The notes below the pieces were generated by a model that worked only from the letters and a program-made list of their open reading frames with translations, did not search any database and was not told where the DNA came from. The position numbers and the translations under genes are program-made. Of a stretch of DNA of 59,174 nucleotides, positions 57,878-59,174 are shown one piece after another. How positions within the stretch are numbered: the stretch's first letter is position 1; the number at the start of each line of letters is the position of its first letter. Source of the stretch: a virus (taxonomy: Duplodnaviria; Caudoviricetes); the IMG/VR virus record IMGVR_UViG_3300029787_000038, positions 1-59,174 of that record; one strand, 5' to 3'.

Positions 57878-58046
57878 CCTTCTGACCGTCATGCACTTCA
57901 CCACGCCCGAAGAGTGTCAAATGTGGAGCGATAAGATCTATGGCGAGGGCTATAAGTGTTTTATATCTTACAAACAAAAAGAGTGGTATATTAAAGAACC
58001 GTTGCCCCGACCAGATATTATTGTTAATATGGGAAAAGAGGAGTAG
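57852..58046 (+). CDS. Hypothetical protein
   Basis: ORF track; GGAG RBS. Confidence 0.55.
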   Translation: MTNQIMMYSLLTVMHFTTPEECQMWSDKIYGEGYKCFISYKQKEWYIKEPLPRPDIIVNMGKEE

Positions 58047-58050
58047 TCAG

Positions 58051-58290
58051 ATTTTAAAAGCAAACAAACTTGATGATGCACTTATTGGAATTGGCAGAAG
58101 ATGTTCCCAAGAGGACGTTCTTGTCTATGATTTTAATAAAGCCGTTAAGATCCTTGTAGATCGTGACCAAATGACAGAGGAAGAAGCCGTTGAGTATTTA
58201 GAGTTTAATACCGTAGGTGCATGGGTCGGCGAAGAAACACCCGTGTTTGTCTATCCAATGACAATGGAGGAAATAGATGAGATGCAATAG
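58051..58290 (+). CDS. Small acidic phage protein, apparent ATT start
   Basis: GAGGAG-7nt-ATT TTA AAA GCA; LDDALIG...EEAVEYLEFNTVGAWVGEETP. Confidence 0.6.
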   Translation: MLKANKLDDALIGIGRRCSQEDVLVYDFNKAVKILVDRDQMTEEEAVEYLEFNTVGAWVGEETPVFVYPMTMEEIDEMQ

Positions 58291-58477
58291 ATGCGGCTGC
58301 GAAGCCAAAACCGTTTATGTTCATGGGCACGAACAATGCTCACAGTGTCATTCCGTTGTAGAGGACTGTTGTCAGGGGATCACGGTCCAAGAAGTTTCCA
58401 AAGATAATTATTACGTCGAAAAGCAATCCTGTAAATACAATGAGGTGGACCCTCATTTTGTTGTTGGTAAAGAGTGA
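58277..58477 (+). CDS. Small Zn-finger protein
   Basis: CNRC...VHGHEQCSQC...DCCQG. Confidence 0.7.
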   Translation: MRCNRCGCEAKTVYVHGHEQCSQCHSVVEDCCQGITVQEVSKDNYYVEKQSCKYNEVDPHFVVGKE

Positions 58478-58631
58478 TAACTCTTTTTTATGTCAGCGTC
58501 GTCATTGCTATACTTTTCATCCTAGTCGGGATTGTATGGATAGCTATACATAAGTGACATTTTTATCACAGTTAAAATTTTTTTATCTAAAGGGGTTTTA
58601 ATGTATGGGATTTTATGCGATAATAAATATA

Positions 58632-58664
58632 GTGATTCGTCATGGATCACCTGCTCTTTGACAT
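58632..58664 (+). promoter_or_regulatory. Hairpin plus boxA-like antitermination site (B)
   Basis: GTGATTC/GGATCAC hairpin then TGCTCTTTGACAT. Confidence 0.6.
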
Positions 58665-58767
58665 CGTCAATCTTTTTGGTTCCGTAGGGGAAACCCGATT
58701 ATCGGTTAGCACCAACCTAAGACTTAGTAATGGTGCTAAGTATCAACCCCAAACAAAGGAGGTCTTT

Positions 58768-59022
58768 ATGGCTTATCCAATTTGGGAGGGTGATCTTGAT
58801 TTTTTTATGAATCAAGAGCTTAACGAGCGTATTAGCGAAGCACTCGCTAATAACTCTGACCCTCAAAATTCTGATCGCGACATTCGTCGTGCAGAAGCTC
58901 TCAAATTTCGCAAAGAAATTTGGGATAACAACCACCACAAATATTCCCGTCATCATATCAAAATGATGAAAAAAGGTTTATTTGGTGGACCTTTTACCTA
59001 CGAGATGTTTGCTCGTGGGTAA
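58768..59022 (+). CDS. Hypothetical early protein (84 aa)
   Basis: AAGGAGGT RBS before ATG 58768. Confidence 0.7.
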   Translation: MAYPIWEGDLDFFMNQELNERISEALANNSDPQNSDRDIRRAEALKFRKEIWDNNHHKYSRHHIKMMKKGLFGGPFTYEMFARG

Positions 59023-59031
59023 CAACCAAAC

Positions 59032-59054
59032 GGGGCAGGCAGTGCCTGCCCCTT
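59032..59054 (+). terminator. Stem-loop/terminator
   Basis: GGGGCAGGCA-G-TGCCTGCCCC-TT. Confidence 0.6.
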
Positions 59055-59075
59055 AATTTAAACATGGAGTTGAAA

Positions 59076-59174
59076 ATGAAAAAATCATATTGTGGTTTAA
59101 TTTTAGAGCACGGACACACTAGTTACGATTGGAAAAAATACACAGTAAAAGATCGTATCTTCCAATGTGTTAAA
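59076..59174 (+). CDS. Partial second copy of the 3475-3831 gene
   Basis: Near-identical sequence; truncated by the window end. Confidence 0.85.
   Translation, partial: MKKSYCGLILEHGHTSYDWKKYTVKDRIFQCVK

Noticed and set aside
58642-58767. N-terminal extension of the 126-aa ORF
   Set aside because: Overlaps boxA and leader hairpins; a strong RBS places the start at 58768

Overview
This window holds an essentially complete ~55.6 kb podovirus-like marine phage genome (unit ~3465-59065). Its capsid N-terminus MAISRAQLAKELEPGLNALFGLEY and gene order resemble vSAG 37-F6/HTVC023P-like phages; this is from memory, not a search. Gene order: small early genes, terS, a PD-(D/E)XK nuclease, terL, portal, a lysis cassette with an adenine MTase, 2OG-Fe(II) oxygenase, GroES, scaffold and capsid, a cluster of tiny Lys/Arg-rich proteins, tail and fibre genes, large ejection proteins, lytic transglycosylase, then SNF2 helicase, SSB-like protein, primase, UvrD helicase, HNH and family-A DNA polymerase. 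The last 109 bp repeat 3465-3573 with one mismatch. Bases 1-~3464 are a diverged second version of the polA-to-early region, so the contig is probably a chimera or recombinant of two related phages (A = 1-3464, B = rest), which gives a built-in comparison. The best candidate new system is a promoter-and-terminator-bounded small RNA downstream of a ribbon-helix-helix gene. Its single-stranded seed is complementary to the extended Shine-Dalgarno of the early genes, and seed and target co-vary between versions (B: ACUCCAUGU vs ACATGGAG; A: CAACUCCGUA vs TACGGAGTTG). Other signals: rrn-type hairpin+boxA sites in early leaders, a recurrent operator-like repeat, leaderless genes, a shared [MFYL]xxGG motif across basic and ejection proteins, and a 67-aa mini-copy of a segment of the largest ejection protein. 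All calls were made by eye; no databases were searched.
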